Source: Amoebophrya sp. A120
Taxonomy: Eukaryota; Protista; Dinoflagellata
Assembly: GCA_905178155.1 (NCBI GenBank)
Contig: CAJINV010000015.1
Span: 1,045,969 to 1,109,968 of the forward strand
Length of the DNA stretch: 64,000 nucleotides
Direction: 5' to 3'
This document shows, in pieces, positions 1-12,458 of this stretch. The translations under genes and the position numbers were made by a program. Under the pieces are notes generated by a model, which saw only the letters and a program-made list of their open reading frames with translations, searched no databases and was not told the DNA's origin. Positions within the stretch are counted from its first letter, which is position 1. Every line of letters begins with the position of its first letter.

Positions 1-3000
1 ACCCAGAGCGGGCGATGGAACAAGCGGCTCCTGGTGAAAGCGCCAAAGAGCGGCTGCGCCAATGTTTTTTGTTGCACCTGCAGGTCCAGAGGTGATGACC
101 GCATGATGATGCTGGTGGTGATCGACGTCTTTTTCTGATCCTACTGCTTTCATACTGTTGTGGTCGTAGAGGTAGTGGACCGGTAAACCCGTCAAAACCA
201 GAACCGCTGTGATTAGCCAAGACACATCATGTACTACTTCATCTTGATCTCCGAAACCGATAGAGGACTCCAGTGCGGCTTGCGCCATACTTTCTGTTCG
301 TGCTCTTGCGGGAGGTGGTCCTCCATCTTCTTCTCCTTCCACGCTCGCTTTGGAACTTCCGGTTCCGGTTACTACTGCGGTTCCACGATCAGTTGCTGTT
401 CCTAACACAAACAGTGCCGCTGTGACGAAGGATCGACGGGGTAAAATGATTTTATTCGCAGGAGCAGCGGAGGAGATAGATGTTGCTTTTGCCTCCGATG
501 CAGATTTGAAATTGAATCCCTCTTCAATGAAGTCGGCAATCGGTTGCGATAAATCATTATCCGCCACAACTTGTCTAAAACGCCCTTCCCGGCTACACGC
601 AATCACGTGCCCGGGTCGCAGATTAGCGGCGCGGAACATCAGGTCTTGTGTGCACCACAAGACATCCTTTTTCCCGTGCGCATCTTCATCTCCTGCGCTG
701 GTGTCCGCCATCCCTTCAACTCCATCGGCCTCTTTACGCTCGTTCTCGTCGTTGCCGACCTGCAGCATGACAAACTCAGCTCTTTCATCCATCGAAGCTA
801 ACTGGCGTTTCAGTCGATTCATTCCACGACCCTGATTTTTATCGATGATTTCATTTTGTTCAGCCGCTCTTGCAGTGACATCGATGACCGCCATTCTTGT
901 CCCCATGTCCGCAAAAAGCACCGGCTCGTAGAAATCCTTCGCAACCAGGTGGAGCAGCGTCGCGTCCGTACAGCTTGTTTTCGGGTAGAAATCTACGCCA
1001 AAATGCTGCTCAAACTCATTCAACACCCGCGGCTTTCTCTGGCCGTCGGTCGTCGAAATGGTCCATTCGCGGTACCAAGAAGCGACGTCTGTTGGTACGC
1101 CGGTGAAGTGCTCCGGGACTGGGAGCGGGTTTTCCACGATACGGATGCCACTCGCTGTTAGTTTTGATGTACTGGTCGCACCATCGGTCGTAGAAGTGTC
1201 TTCGTTTGTTGCTTTTTTGTCCGTCCTAAATTTAGGAAAAACGAACTCGTCCGCGGGGACCTGCGGCCCGGAGACCGTTCTCGGATCCTGCGCGAACACT
1301 GGGCGCAGAAGCTCCCTGCGGGGGAGGGGCGATGCAGCAGCTGGGGTATGATCAATTTCGGTGGTTGAAGATGAATTATCGTCGCCGTAGAAATCTTCAT
1401 CGACATGTACATGTTCTTCCCGCGCCCCACCTCGATGATTATGAAAAATTAGTTGACTCTGCACCGCAAACCGGCGGTAGCTCGCGAGATTTCCGTACTG
1501 GCAAACGCCGATAGAAGTTGAGGAAAAACCGGCATTTGTCATGCTAGAGCCGCTTATGTGCGACGTCTGCCGCACTTCGTCCAAGTACTGCTTGCTGCGC
1601 ATGCGCGTGTGGCAACACAAATGCTGGTCGAGGAGGGATAGTGATGATCTTCTACCTGATCCTGGGGGGTTGTCTGGAGAATCTGCGTCAACATCTTGGG
1701 CAGCAGCAAGTCCACCTCCGCTTCCTTCTGCACGACATTGAGGTGGCATAAAGAAGCCACTAGAAGTCCCCGCGGTCCTTCGGCTTGCTTGTAGGTCCTG
1801 CACGCCGGCGCTCTCCTGCTCCTGTCCAGTAGGTGTGGCCGACGGAGGTTCATCTTGGGCGGGCTTGGCACTCAGTTGCGAATATGCGTACTGCACAACC
1901 CACTCTAGATTCGGAAACACAAACAGGATTGTCTCCGGGTCTTGCTCCACTTTCGCTATCGCTCTCTTCACCAGAAGTTGCCTGCTCAAATTAGTACCTG
2001 CTGTATCTTGTTGTTCCGGATCAGAAATTCTAAACAGGTGCAGATGGACCTCGAGTTTCTGGTTGAAATCGTCTTCCGCCCGGATTTCTATCAGGCGCCA
2101 GAGGTAGGACATAGTAGTTGCACCGTCGGTTCTTGATTTTAGCGCAGCAGGGATCATTTCTCTTCTCGACGACACAGGGATCACCAGGTGCAGGGCTTGT
2201 AGGCCCAGCCGCGTCAGCAAAGATCCCCTGACGTCGGCCTTTTGCGCCGTTTCCGCCAGCCCTTCAAACAGCTTCTCCAAGATAAGCTCGCGGAGGTTGT
2301 GAATCCTTGTTAGCTCCGCCTCGATGGAGAGGTCTTCTTGAGGACTTGGCGTCTGACTTTTAGCGTCCCCTTCTGAAGAGCAACAATCCAACTATCAAGC
2401 GCAAAAGTGTCTGGGTCTGGAAGGTTGCCAGGTTTGTCATGCATATTTTGCATGACCCAGGATGTCTGTAATGCATGATCTAGCATCACATGTTTTTAGA
2501 GGCCTTCTTGATGCCAACCCCGCATGACAAACTGGGCTCCTCTTGCTGGTCATGCAATACATATTTTTTAGAATGCAAAGTGAGCATCACAAGTTCCAAC
2601 CTTCCAGACCCAGACGTATTTGCAATGCATACCAACACAGCCTGAGCGAAATTTTCATCGTCCACTAACACAAATCCGGCACTGCGGTCTTCAAACGCGC
2701 CCTCAATCCAGATGTTCGATTTGGTTCTTTCGGCAGCCTTAGTTTGTTTGCCGGCGTAGTTAAAATTCGTGCTGCTGTCTCCATCGAAACTGACTTCATG
2801 TTCATTTTCTCGCGGTGGTCCTCCTCCTCCTTCTGGGAGAGCTCTTGAAGTAGACGTGGTAGACCCAATAGCAGCTGACAGCCCATGTAAGCACTGAAAC
2901 AAATTTTCGTTGTTATCGCCACTCCCCGCACCACCGAGATACAGGGCATCAGGTTCGAAGCCGAAGCCGATGTGCTCCGTCCGCAAGCGGTGGCCGAGTA

Positions 3001-4240
3001 GTTCGCGTTTGATCCGCTTTTTCGCCAGATGCGCGGACAGCCACAGGTCGTCGTGAAGGGTGCAGGCTCGAGCCTGCAAAAAATGTTCATGATCTTCTGT
3101 AGAAGTAGGAGTTCTTGCCAAATCAAAACGACCCTTTGATGTTCCGTAAGCACCACCAGGAGCAAGCACTTTCTCCTTCCGTACCAAAGATTCCAGGTCG
3201 AAAAAGTACCGTGACCACAAGACCCCGTGCACGCCCTCCAAAATCGTCGACCCCACGTAGGCGTAGACGTGCTGGCTCGCAGTGCCGGTGGCCCGGCCCG
3301 GGGTCACCTTGGTCATTGCGGTGGAAAGGAGATTTACCAACTCAGGATCGTATGTTTGATCGTCGTCTACCTGAAGAATCAGTGTGTCCGGGTCGTTTTT
3401 CTCGATCGTGAGAATCTGCAGCATGTGCGTGCTCGGGCCTCGGTCGCGGCAACGGACCAGGTAAAACTTTGTTCTTGGTGCGGAAGACAAACCGTGACCA
3501 ACAACATCTTCCAGAGGAGCGTCAGCTTCTTCATCAAGTGTGTTTCCCGTTCCACTTCCGTCGCCGGATGTAGCTGCGTCCCGTGTAGAAGAAGTACCCT
3601 CCTGCGCGATAATTTCAAAAATTTTGACAGCATTCCGGTCGTGCAGAGCACGCGAACTCTGATCCTGCTGCAGCTCGTTGAGCAAATCAAAATCAGGTCC
3701 GCCTCTTGTGTCTACTTCTGCCTCCCGATTTTTATATTTCCGATCTATTCTGGTCGTCGTGGTCCCTGCCACCGGAAAAATACTAAACCTGTATCCACCA
3801 TCGTCGTTATTCCAGAAGGAAGTTTTCCCATCCTTCGTTTTTTCGAAGTCATATTCCTCGTTATTCCTCAGAAACACCCAGGGGACGAAGAGGTAGACCG
3901 CGTCGAGCGGAACGGTTTGTTTGTGGAGGAGGGAATCCAAGCATGGTTTTAGCAAATGTAGTCTCTTCGGAGTGGTCGTCAGGGCCGCGACGATACGCGG
4001 CGATCGTGGTAATGATCTTCGGGTTAGTACAACTTGCGATGCAGTGCTTGTCTGTGATGCGGTCCTTACAGCATTTTCTTTGTCCTCCGTGTCAGCGTGT
4101 CGTATCGCCTCGCGCAAGAGGATGCCGTCTCTCGTACCGGGAAGGTTATGGACGTCGATCCAGTCGGAGATTCGCTCTGCGTTTGAAGAGGAGCTAAAAA
4201 CGGCGCCAAGGACGAGGAACGTCAAGAAAACAGAAATCAT
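1..4240 (-). CDS. Large secreted/membrane glycosyltransferase-like protein (GT-A-like), 3' end outside the window
   Basis: ORF 2486..4393 has a signal-peptide-like MISVFLTFLVLGAVF (ATG 4240) and motifs ALTTTPKRL, DRGPSTH, LQVDDDQTY (DxD-like) and DDLWLSAHL. Removing introner 2393-2631 plus one TSD continues the frame (AQAVL-DCCSSEG) toward position 1. Start codon uncertain. Confidence 0.6.
2393..2631. mobile_element. Introner, TIR family A (TAT-N5-GCAAAAATGTCTGGGTCTGGAA)
   Basis: TIRs; 5-bp TSD CCAAC; removal restores frame. Confidence 0.85.
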
Positions 4241-4940
4241 GAAGTCGCGTGTAGTAGTTCTGAGCAGTACTAGGGCTACTGGGGACAAGAACATCCTGTT
4301 GTATTTACAATGGACATGGAGGCACTGAGGCATGCTCGTAGTTTCAACAACACCAAGAAAACATGATACTGATATTCGCGATCTGTTTACCAAGAGTAAT
4401 GATCTTGCTCGTGATCAAGTTCGAGACCATATCCAGCAAAATATTAGAATGGTCTGAAGAAAAAGCACTGATATCGCTGCGCTTGCTCGGACACCAGACG
4501 GACGGGGCGCACATACGTCTCAGATCTTTTCGTGACGACGACGCGCCTTTCTTGATCTACCATGCAAAAAAAAATGGCCCACAATGTAATGGCTCCTGGT
4601 GTACAGAGCCTCATCCAGAGGCATTGTCTCATCGATCCGGAACCGGATGGTCGAGATCGACGAACAAAACACGGTCTCAACTACACACTTACCGGACTTT
4701 TGCCAACAAGACACGCACCTTCTTTTTTTTTCAGGCTCCCGCACCCCCTCGGGCTAGTAGGTACGTGGTCCCAAAAGCATATAACGTGTCCCCAGGCGAC
4801 TCCGCGCCAGAGGCGACTTTCCGATTTTGCATGCAAAACAGAGTGAGCTCCATATCGGAAAGCCAGGGCACACATACAAACTACCTTCGGATCGGCTGAA
4901 GAAACTAGAGATAGGAGGGATGCGGGCCTCCGAAACAAAT

Positions 4941-5003
4941 AAGAGCAAAGGCGAGAAGCTGGATCGGCGGTCCAAAAGAGCAAAGGCGAGAAGCTGGATC
5001 GGC
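4941..5003. repeat. 28-bp direct repeat, two copies
   Basis: AAGAGCAAAGGCGAGAAGCTGGATCGGC at 4941 and 4976. Confidence 0.8.
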
Positions 5004-7620
5004 AACACCACTTGACGCTGATCGACCCATCGATCCCCGTGCCGGATGGCACGGATTGCGAAGCAAATGCACTGAAGACAGATCATTAGGGCGTACCGGG
5101 GGGCGGCGCCCCGGTGAAGTGGGCGCGCGGAGGTAGCGGCATGCAGGGCAGCGCCACGAAATAATTGAAGCAGGGGCGCGGATGCCCCGCCCGAGGCGTT
5201 GCGACCGCAACCGAAGTAGCGGGCGGGGCCCGTCTGTCTCCCTCGCTCCCACCCGGGGAAGCAGCGAAGCGGGTGGCGCTGTGGCTGCCATCGCGAATAG
5301 TGCAACGGCAACGCGATACTAAGAGGGCCGGGGCGCGCGGGCCTGCCCCAGCCGGGCCGGGCTTCTCCCTGACGGCGCTACGTACGCACGCGGCCCGCCC
5401 GCCCCGGGCAAGCAACCCGGCGGGGCTGACCACGCGCAACCAAGCGAGTTCCTTGCTGCGGGCGCCGCGTTGATGGGGTCTCCGGTCTCGTCCACCATCG
5501 CCACGTCATCTGCATCGGATTCCCTTCTGCCGCTTTTTCCTTCGCCAAATAATGGAACCAGGCAGATCGCTTCGCTGCGGCACCGGCTTCGGTAATCCCG
5601 TCACCCCCGGCTGGTCGTGCTTCATCCTGCGCGGAAAAGCGTGCGGCCCACCAGCGGGCGGGGTGCGTGGGTACCGGCGGGCCGGATTTTACTTCTCGCA
5701 GAGGCCGATCTGGGAGGAACACCGGGCCCGGGCCTTCATTGCCAAGGCAGGCCGATGGGGGGCCGGCAGCAGGGCCGGCGCGGGAAACAAACGGGGCGCG
5801 CCACAAAACTCGGCGCGCTCCCCGGGCGCCCGGCACAAACGCGAAGGCGACTGACAAAAACCAACACGGCGCACCGGACCGACACAAACGGCCGCGCCTG
5901 GGGCTCCCGCCCCGCGGAGCACTTTCCCCGCCCCCCTTTGAAGGGGCAACAAGGCCCCCGGGCCGCCGGCCTCTGCGCCGCGCACGGTGTGCGCACCCAA
6001 AGCAATGCGCGCAACGCCGGGAGGCTCGCGCCATTCTGGGCAAGGGCGGTCGGCACAACAAGCAATGCCCGGCCGCTAGGCGCCCCGCCGCGGATCACAC
6101 ACCGCGACGGGCCCCGCGCGGTCCACCCCAAACTCCCTCCCCCGGGCCGGCCTTAGAGACACCCATCTCCTGAAACACCTGCGCCCGCCACCCTGCACGG
6201 CGGCCAACGCGCCACCCTTGCGCCCGGCGTGGCCACTCAAAGAATTCGCGGCGGCGCGCCCGCGCGCCCGCGCGCCCGCCCTTGGTCGGCCCGTCTTGTA
6301 AAAACCAGCCGCCTCCAGCAGGGTGGTGGGAATGATCGGAGCAGCAATACTCGCCGCGGCCGCGGGGGAGGCGCCTGGGGTAATGTGGCGGCGCAGCTAG
6401 GCGGCAAACTTTATCAGCTTCCGTGCCTGCGCCCGCGCATGCGCGTCGGGCAGGTTCTTGCAGGCCCCACTATCGAACTCCCCAAGGGCCTCGGGGGTTC
6501 GCGCTCCACCTTTGAGCCCGCCCGCATCCGGGGCGAAAAGCGTCAGGGCCCCAATCCGCAAACGCCTGCCATTCGGCCCGCTGCAAGCTGCAACACCTGG
6601 GCGCCCGGGGGCTTTCGCAGGCAATGTTTGGACACTGGCAAAAAACGCCAACAATACCCGAACACGCAACGCCCAATCTGGAAATCTGGGTCGACGGTTG
6701 CGCCCGGCGACGCGGACGCCGCTGCGCGCGCCTCGATTTCCGCCACGGGCCCAATCTTGCACAGGGCGGCGGGCGTGCGGTTGCCGCTGCCAATCTTGCG
6801 CCATTTTTCCGCCGATAAATTCGGCGGACGCCCTTCGCCGACCACATAGGGGGCCGCTGCGCGGGGTTGAAAAAATGCGCGACAAAACCACGAGCCGGAA
6901 GCGCCGCGCTTCCGTTTTTCTCGTGCTGCACCTGTTCCAGGAAATGAAGAGAATCCCACGAGGGGTTCATCTTCGTCAACACAAACTGGCGCGTCGGCGT
7001 GTAGAACAATTTCCACGCAATTCTGAAGGTTGCGCTGGTTCACAAGCTGTACTCAGCAGCTTGATCGCACCTCTGCCTGGCGCCATTTGCTCCCGAAAAT
7101 ATTTCACAATTTTTTTCGCAGCTGCTTCATCTCATACATGGGGTGTACACAATTGTTGCTCCGTTGTTGACCACAATTCCATCAAAGAACTAAGAGTCAA
7201 AGACGTCCACCACAGACAAATTCATCCAAATTCAAGTTCAAGTTTCGCTCGCCATAGGAGTTTGTTCGTCGTGTGAAAGGTACAGGTACATAAAAAAGAA
7301 CAGTAGTTTCATCTCGCCCCCTAAAATAGTGTTAAACACATGATCGTGACTGACTACAATCCAATCACGTCTGATCTAGTGATTTTCATCGTCCAATAAA
7401 CAGTTAGGAACTTCTGGAAGTAGAGAAGTTCTAATACCATTTTCACCTAAAAAATTCGTAAAAGTACAGTTGACACAGGGACAGCAGACGCAAACGCATT
7501 TGGCTTGCCGTTGCCGAGACCGCTAGGTGTACAGGAAATGTTGCTCCTGGAAGATGAAAAAAACACGTCGCAGTGATATGATTCTTGTCTATTCACACCT
7601 GCATTCATTTACTTACTTTC

Positions 7621-10600
7621 CTACTGTCCTTCCCCCTCTTTCTCCAATTTGATTAAGTCGTCGATTCGCAAAATGGTAATCGCCGCTTCCGTCGCAAATT
7701 TCAAAGATTTCAACTTTGATACCATCGGCTCGACGACTCCGTTGTTGATGCTATGGTGGATCTGTTTTCATGTTTGATGTGGAACTCATATTTGTCGTTC
7801 TTGCGTTTCTGCATTGCAGATTTGTTGACATTATCCTCGTTCTGATCCAAAAATCTTCATGTCATGCGTGCTTGCAACAGTACGAAAGTCAGTTTCTCAT
7901 GCAGTCGTGCAAAGTGTAAAAAGAACTCCTAGCAGTACCTTGTTTCCAATCAAATCGAGGCCGAAAAACTTCTGGTCGGCCTTCGCCTTGTCACTCCTGC
8001 TTGCGTGGTGGGCTACTCGCAGTTTTGAGGTCAGGTCGATCGCATCGAGCGCCGCGTTGCAGGTCAGAGTTGTGGGGATCACCATCAAAGCGTCGGCAAA
8101 TTGGGCGACGGCAAGCTGCTCCCGGGAATCCAGTGTTCTTGCGTAATCGTCCAAGTGGAGGGAGAGTTGGGTCTCCACCGCGCCACCACCTGGTCAAATT
8201 GAAATTCGTTTAAAGTTAGTGTATATTTTGCATGACAGTCGCGATTCCTGTAGCCATGACAAGTACCATAAAACAGAAATCATGTTCATCCGGCACTCTG
8301 CCACCGCCGTTTTTAGTACTTGCTTCTTACGCATGACAAAAACAAGAACCTCACAGTGCCTACTAAGATCACTTGTATAACTATACCTGGCACGACCGTG
8401 GCGCTTTCCGCGGTTTTTCCCACAGCCATCAGAGCGTCGTGGATACTCCGGTCGGTCTCTTCCAGCATGTAGTCGTTGGCGCCGCGCAACAACAAGGTCG
8501 ACGCCCTGCTGTCCTTCGCGCCCGTGATGAAGATGAAATCGTTATCTCCCACCCGCTGCTCCTCCACCAGAGCGCATTCCCCGAGGGATTCCTTGTCAAA
8601 TTCCTCCCCACCGTCGAGAGAGGACAAGGTCAGTTGGATTTTTGCCCCAGTGACGCGGGCCAGTCGCTTCATGTATTACAGTGAAAAGCGCCCCCCACCC
8701 CTGAAATTGCAAAAATTTGTGATGCGAAGTTTCCAAATGCAAACTTTTTGTCATGCATGAAAGGATTATGAATTTCAATTTTCCTGATGCAGAGCCTAGG
8801 TGTATATAGCATCGCTTGCATGACAAGCGCCGCTCTTGCTGGGGTCTTTTGCAATACAAATCTTTGCTGTTCACGATTGAAATAAACCTGTGCTGCTGAT
8901 AGATGCAAGAGGGCGAATGTTTCATTTGGAAAGGTTTGCAATACAAATGCTCCCAAGTTCGGGGGTGGGGGCATTTTTCATTGAAATATCATGTCCGCCT
9001 TGTCCACACGACGGATGCCCATGGCGCCGGCGTCGACCAGGTACTTGATCGACATGTCGTCCATACCGCGGGTTGTCATAATCACGTTGGCGCCGGTGTC
9101 CAGGATCTGATAAAATTTTGGGTTTCGATAGGAACTTCTTGCAACACAGATCAAGTTTTTCATCTGCATTTCGCAACACAAATCTAAGTAAGTGGAGCAT
9201 GTCAGCACACTTGTCATGCACCACAGCAAGCGCACGCTACACGTCTTCAACATTAAATCTATTTCTGTACCTTGTTAATCCTCTCCTTCGTGATATCCAT
9301 CTCCTTTTGCCTGATCTTTTCCAATTCCGCCGGGTCCGAAACCAAAATCTCCGCCTGTCGCATGCAGTACTTTTTCAGGTCAAAATCCAGCAGCGCCAGC
9401 TTCGCGTTCTCGACCCGGGTCGGGCAGCCCTGCGCCACTCGTGCCAGTTGCAACGCGTACCCGTTTTCCACCAACATGGTTTCGCGCGACGATTTCCCGT
9501 GGGACTTCAACACGCTGATCTGGTTAATCGGGTACTTCCACTTGCCCTCGACGTTCTTAATCTTCACCGAGTTGACCGCGTCCACGATCAATTTGCTGAA
9601 AAACTCGGAATCCCCGCCGACAAACTTGGAGGAAAGGGTGGTCTTCGCGACTTGGGTCAATAACTCGTTGCTATTCAACTGTTCGAGTTTGATTCCCATG
9701 TTCTCCTTGATGAATTTCACGGATTCCCGCATGGCCAGGCGAAAACCGGAAATCACGCTCGTCGGGTGGATCTGCTGTTTCACGAGCTCGTTGCCGCGTT
9801 TTAACAGTTCCGCGGCGAAGAGCACGACGGAAGTGGTGCCGTCACCGACCTCGCGGTCCTGCAGGTCGGCGAGCTCGACGAGAACCTGGAGTTTGTCATG
9901 CGGGATCAGCTTGATAAAATTACACGACGTAATTGCACGTCGGCATGCCAAATACAAATCAAAGCTTCAATCACGTATGTTTATGCAAACCTCGCATCAC
10001 AAATGAGAATAAGGTTTGTTCTTCGACTATCTATCTATACCTTAGCCGCCGGGTGTTGAATTTCCAACTTTTTCAGAATGGTCGCGCCGTCGTTGGTAAT
10101 CACGACGTCACCGACGTCGTCGACGATCATTTTGTCGAGTCCCTGCGGCCCGAGCGACGTTTTCAGAATGTTGGAGAGTGTCGCGACTGCGGTGACGTTG
10201 GCGGATCGGATATCAACTGTAATAATGTCTGGGTCTGGAAGAGTGTCAGACTTGTCATGCAGGTTTTCCATGATCCATGAGGTCTGGCATGAAGGACATA
10301 GCATGACAGAATTTGTGAGAGTTCTAGCATGCCTATCCTGCATGAGAAACTGCCTCGCGATTAGGTGAAAAGTGGACAGCTTTTGGTAATCGTGCAACAC
10401 AGATTTTCACATGGGCATGCACATGGTTCAGATTTGGCATGACAAGTTGCTTTGTTCCAGACCCAGACACTTTTGCATTGCATATCGGACATCCTGCCCG
10501 GATTCCCGGGATCCGGCGATGGAAAGACCACTGTATCCTGTGCAAAAGTATCGCACTCGTACAAATGCAATTCTTGCATTACAAATCTTGTTTCCAAGGC

Positions 10601-10877
10601 AAATCTGCATTACAAATTTTATTTCTCATGCTGAGCACATACATGGATCTGAGTTCGTTTTCTCTCAGTTTTTGCGTAATTTTTCTCACAACTCTATTTT
10701 TCAAGCGCGAACAAGAAGAAAGCAAAGTTGCTAGGTTCTGTTTTTTCAAGTGCGTTGTGAAACTTCGGTCACTGCTTCACCTACTATTTTCAATCGGTCA
10801 TGGATGCTGAGAAAATTTGTAATGCATTTGTACGAATACGATACTTTTGCACCGGATACACTGTCGTGAGCGCCCAT
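7621..10877 (-). CDS. TCP1: T-complex protein 1 subunit alpha (CCT1), 8 exons
   Basis: Reconstructed [25 protein letters not shown]..., [54 protein letters not shown]; TAG at 7621-7623. Three introner introns and four GT-AG introns. Confidence 0.93.
8674..8988. mobile_element. Introner, family C (…AAAA(A/G)CG(T/C)CCCCACCCC)
   Basis: TSD TCATG; restores TCP1 KADMKR. Confidence 0.85.
10211..10484. mobile_element. Introner, family A
   Basis: TSD TCGGA; restores GQDVRSANV. Confidence 0.9.
10534..10858. mobile_element. Introner, family B (TAT-N5-GCAAAAGTATCGYACTCGTA)
   Basis: TSD CACTG; restores MGAHDSGLS. Confidence 0.9.
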
Positions 10878-12458
10878 TTTTTCTTAAACTTCTGGCGTCG
10901 TGGGTGGAGCAAGAAAGGAAACTGATTTGTCGCTTGTTGTGTGAATATACTTTCTTTCTACTACCTAGCAAAGAATCTTTGTGCGTTTTTATTCCTCTTG
11001 TCGCCGAATTTAGGTACTACACCTTTTTGCCGTACAACCGTTTCAGAACCAGGCAGCTCTAGTGTGCGTGCATTTCTCTTCGCTTCTGCCTGATGGTTTT
11101 ATTTCGACACACAGGACAAGATAAAAGGAATTGAAAAAGTATGATGCGGATGTGCGCTTCTAGTTCTACTTGTTCTGAGCGGATCTTCTTCATTATTTTT
11201 GATGGGAATTTTGGATTTTGGGATCTTCATCGTGTTCATCTTGCCTGTTCATATTCGGAGGAACTCATGTCGTGGGGATTTGCGAGAAGTTGTCTTTTCG
11301 TGAACATCGTCTGCGCCGTGCTGCCAGAGGACAACACAACTACAAACTGTCATGCCCTCGCTGCGAGCGGAGCCGTTTCGCAACCGAACCAGGTGAAAGA
11401 GATTTTTGAGCTGAACTTAGAATCGCAACGAGAGTTTCTTGTTTCACGACCTGATATTCTTTGCGCCTCTGCACAGGGGTACTGGTAGACTAGTAGTCGC
11501 ATTCTTGTGCTATCATGTGAATAACAGTGTGCAGCAGCTTCTTTAATAGCTGTCTCTAATTTTAGTTTTCTACAGGTGTGAGGAAATCTTTCGTTTATGC
11601 ATGACTGAGATCAGTCATCGTTGCTCTTGCCGCGGAAATTGTAGCGCGATTTCGAAGAACGTCGTGCGATCCAGTTGTATACAAAATTTATTGAAATTGA
11701 GTTAGATGTTGATTTTAGATTCATAACCTTGCACAGTCCTCTCAGCGTCCTCGTCTCATTATTTACTTCAATGTGCGTGTGCTAGGCGAATCATACAGAA
11801 AACTGCAAAATTTTACATTCTGACTTTGTCATCGAGCAGTCGTAGAGGTTACCGGGACGAACCCTACGTACTAGTTGCCTTGGTAGCTGCGTTTGTAAAA
11901 GTTCTGGCAAAAGACGAGCTACTACTGCTGATTTGGTCGTGTGTTTGCAAAGCGTCCTGGTAGTTCTAGTTGTAAACCCGACGTAATACTTTGGTGATAG
12001 CGATTTGTCGGTTGGTACATTGAGTTTTTTGAAAATTCATAGAACTGCGTCGTAGTGGTCAATCGGAAAATTTTTATGTGACGAATAGTGATTTAGATTT
12101 GCTACTGTTACAGTTACTATTGGGTGAAATGTCAAAATAAGTAAGTCGTGGTCGGTTGAAAAAGCTATAAATTGGTTGGTACAAGTGTAAATGTAATCAA
12201 ACAAATGGAGTAGACATTGACATACGTACTGGTACATAGTGTTAGTTTTACTAGAAAAGGAAAACTGCCTCCCGTGATATAATTTGCTGCTTCTTCTGCT
12301 CCTTTGCCCCCGGATTGATGTGATCGAAGAAGCTAGCAAACGAATTTCTCCCGAATTTGAGGTCGTAGTTGGCGGTTTTGCGTTATTAAGTGGCGTTGTT
12401 TGAGTGTGTTCACCGCCAACTACCGACTACATCAAGAAGCTGCAAATGCCAGCTTCTC

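Noticed and set aside
350-4328. Plus-strand ORFs overlapping the first gene (and similar ones elsewhere)
   Set aside because: Antisense shadows of minus-strand coding exons.
4754-7276. Long overlapping ORFs (up to 272 aa) as genes
   Set aside because: Expected from stop-codon scarcity in very GC-rich DNA; no domains recognised.
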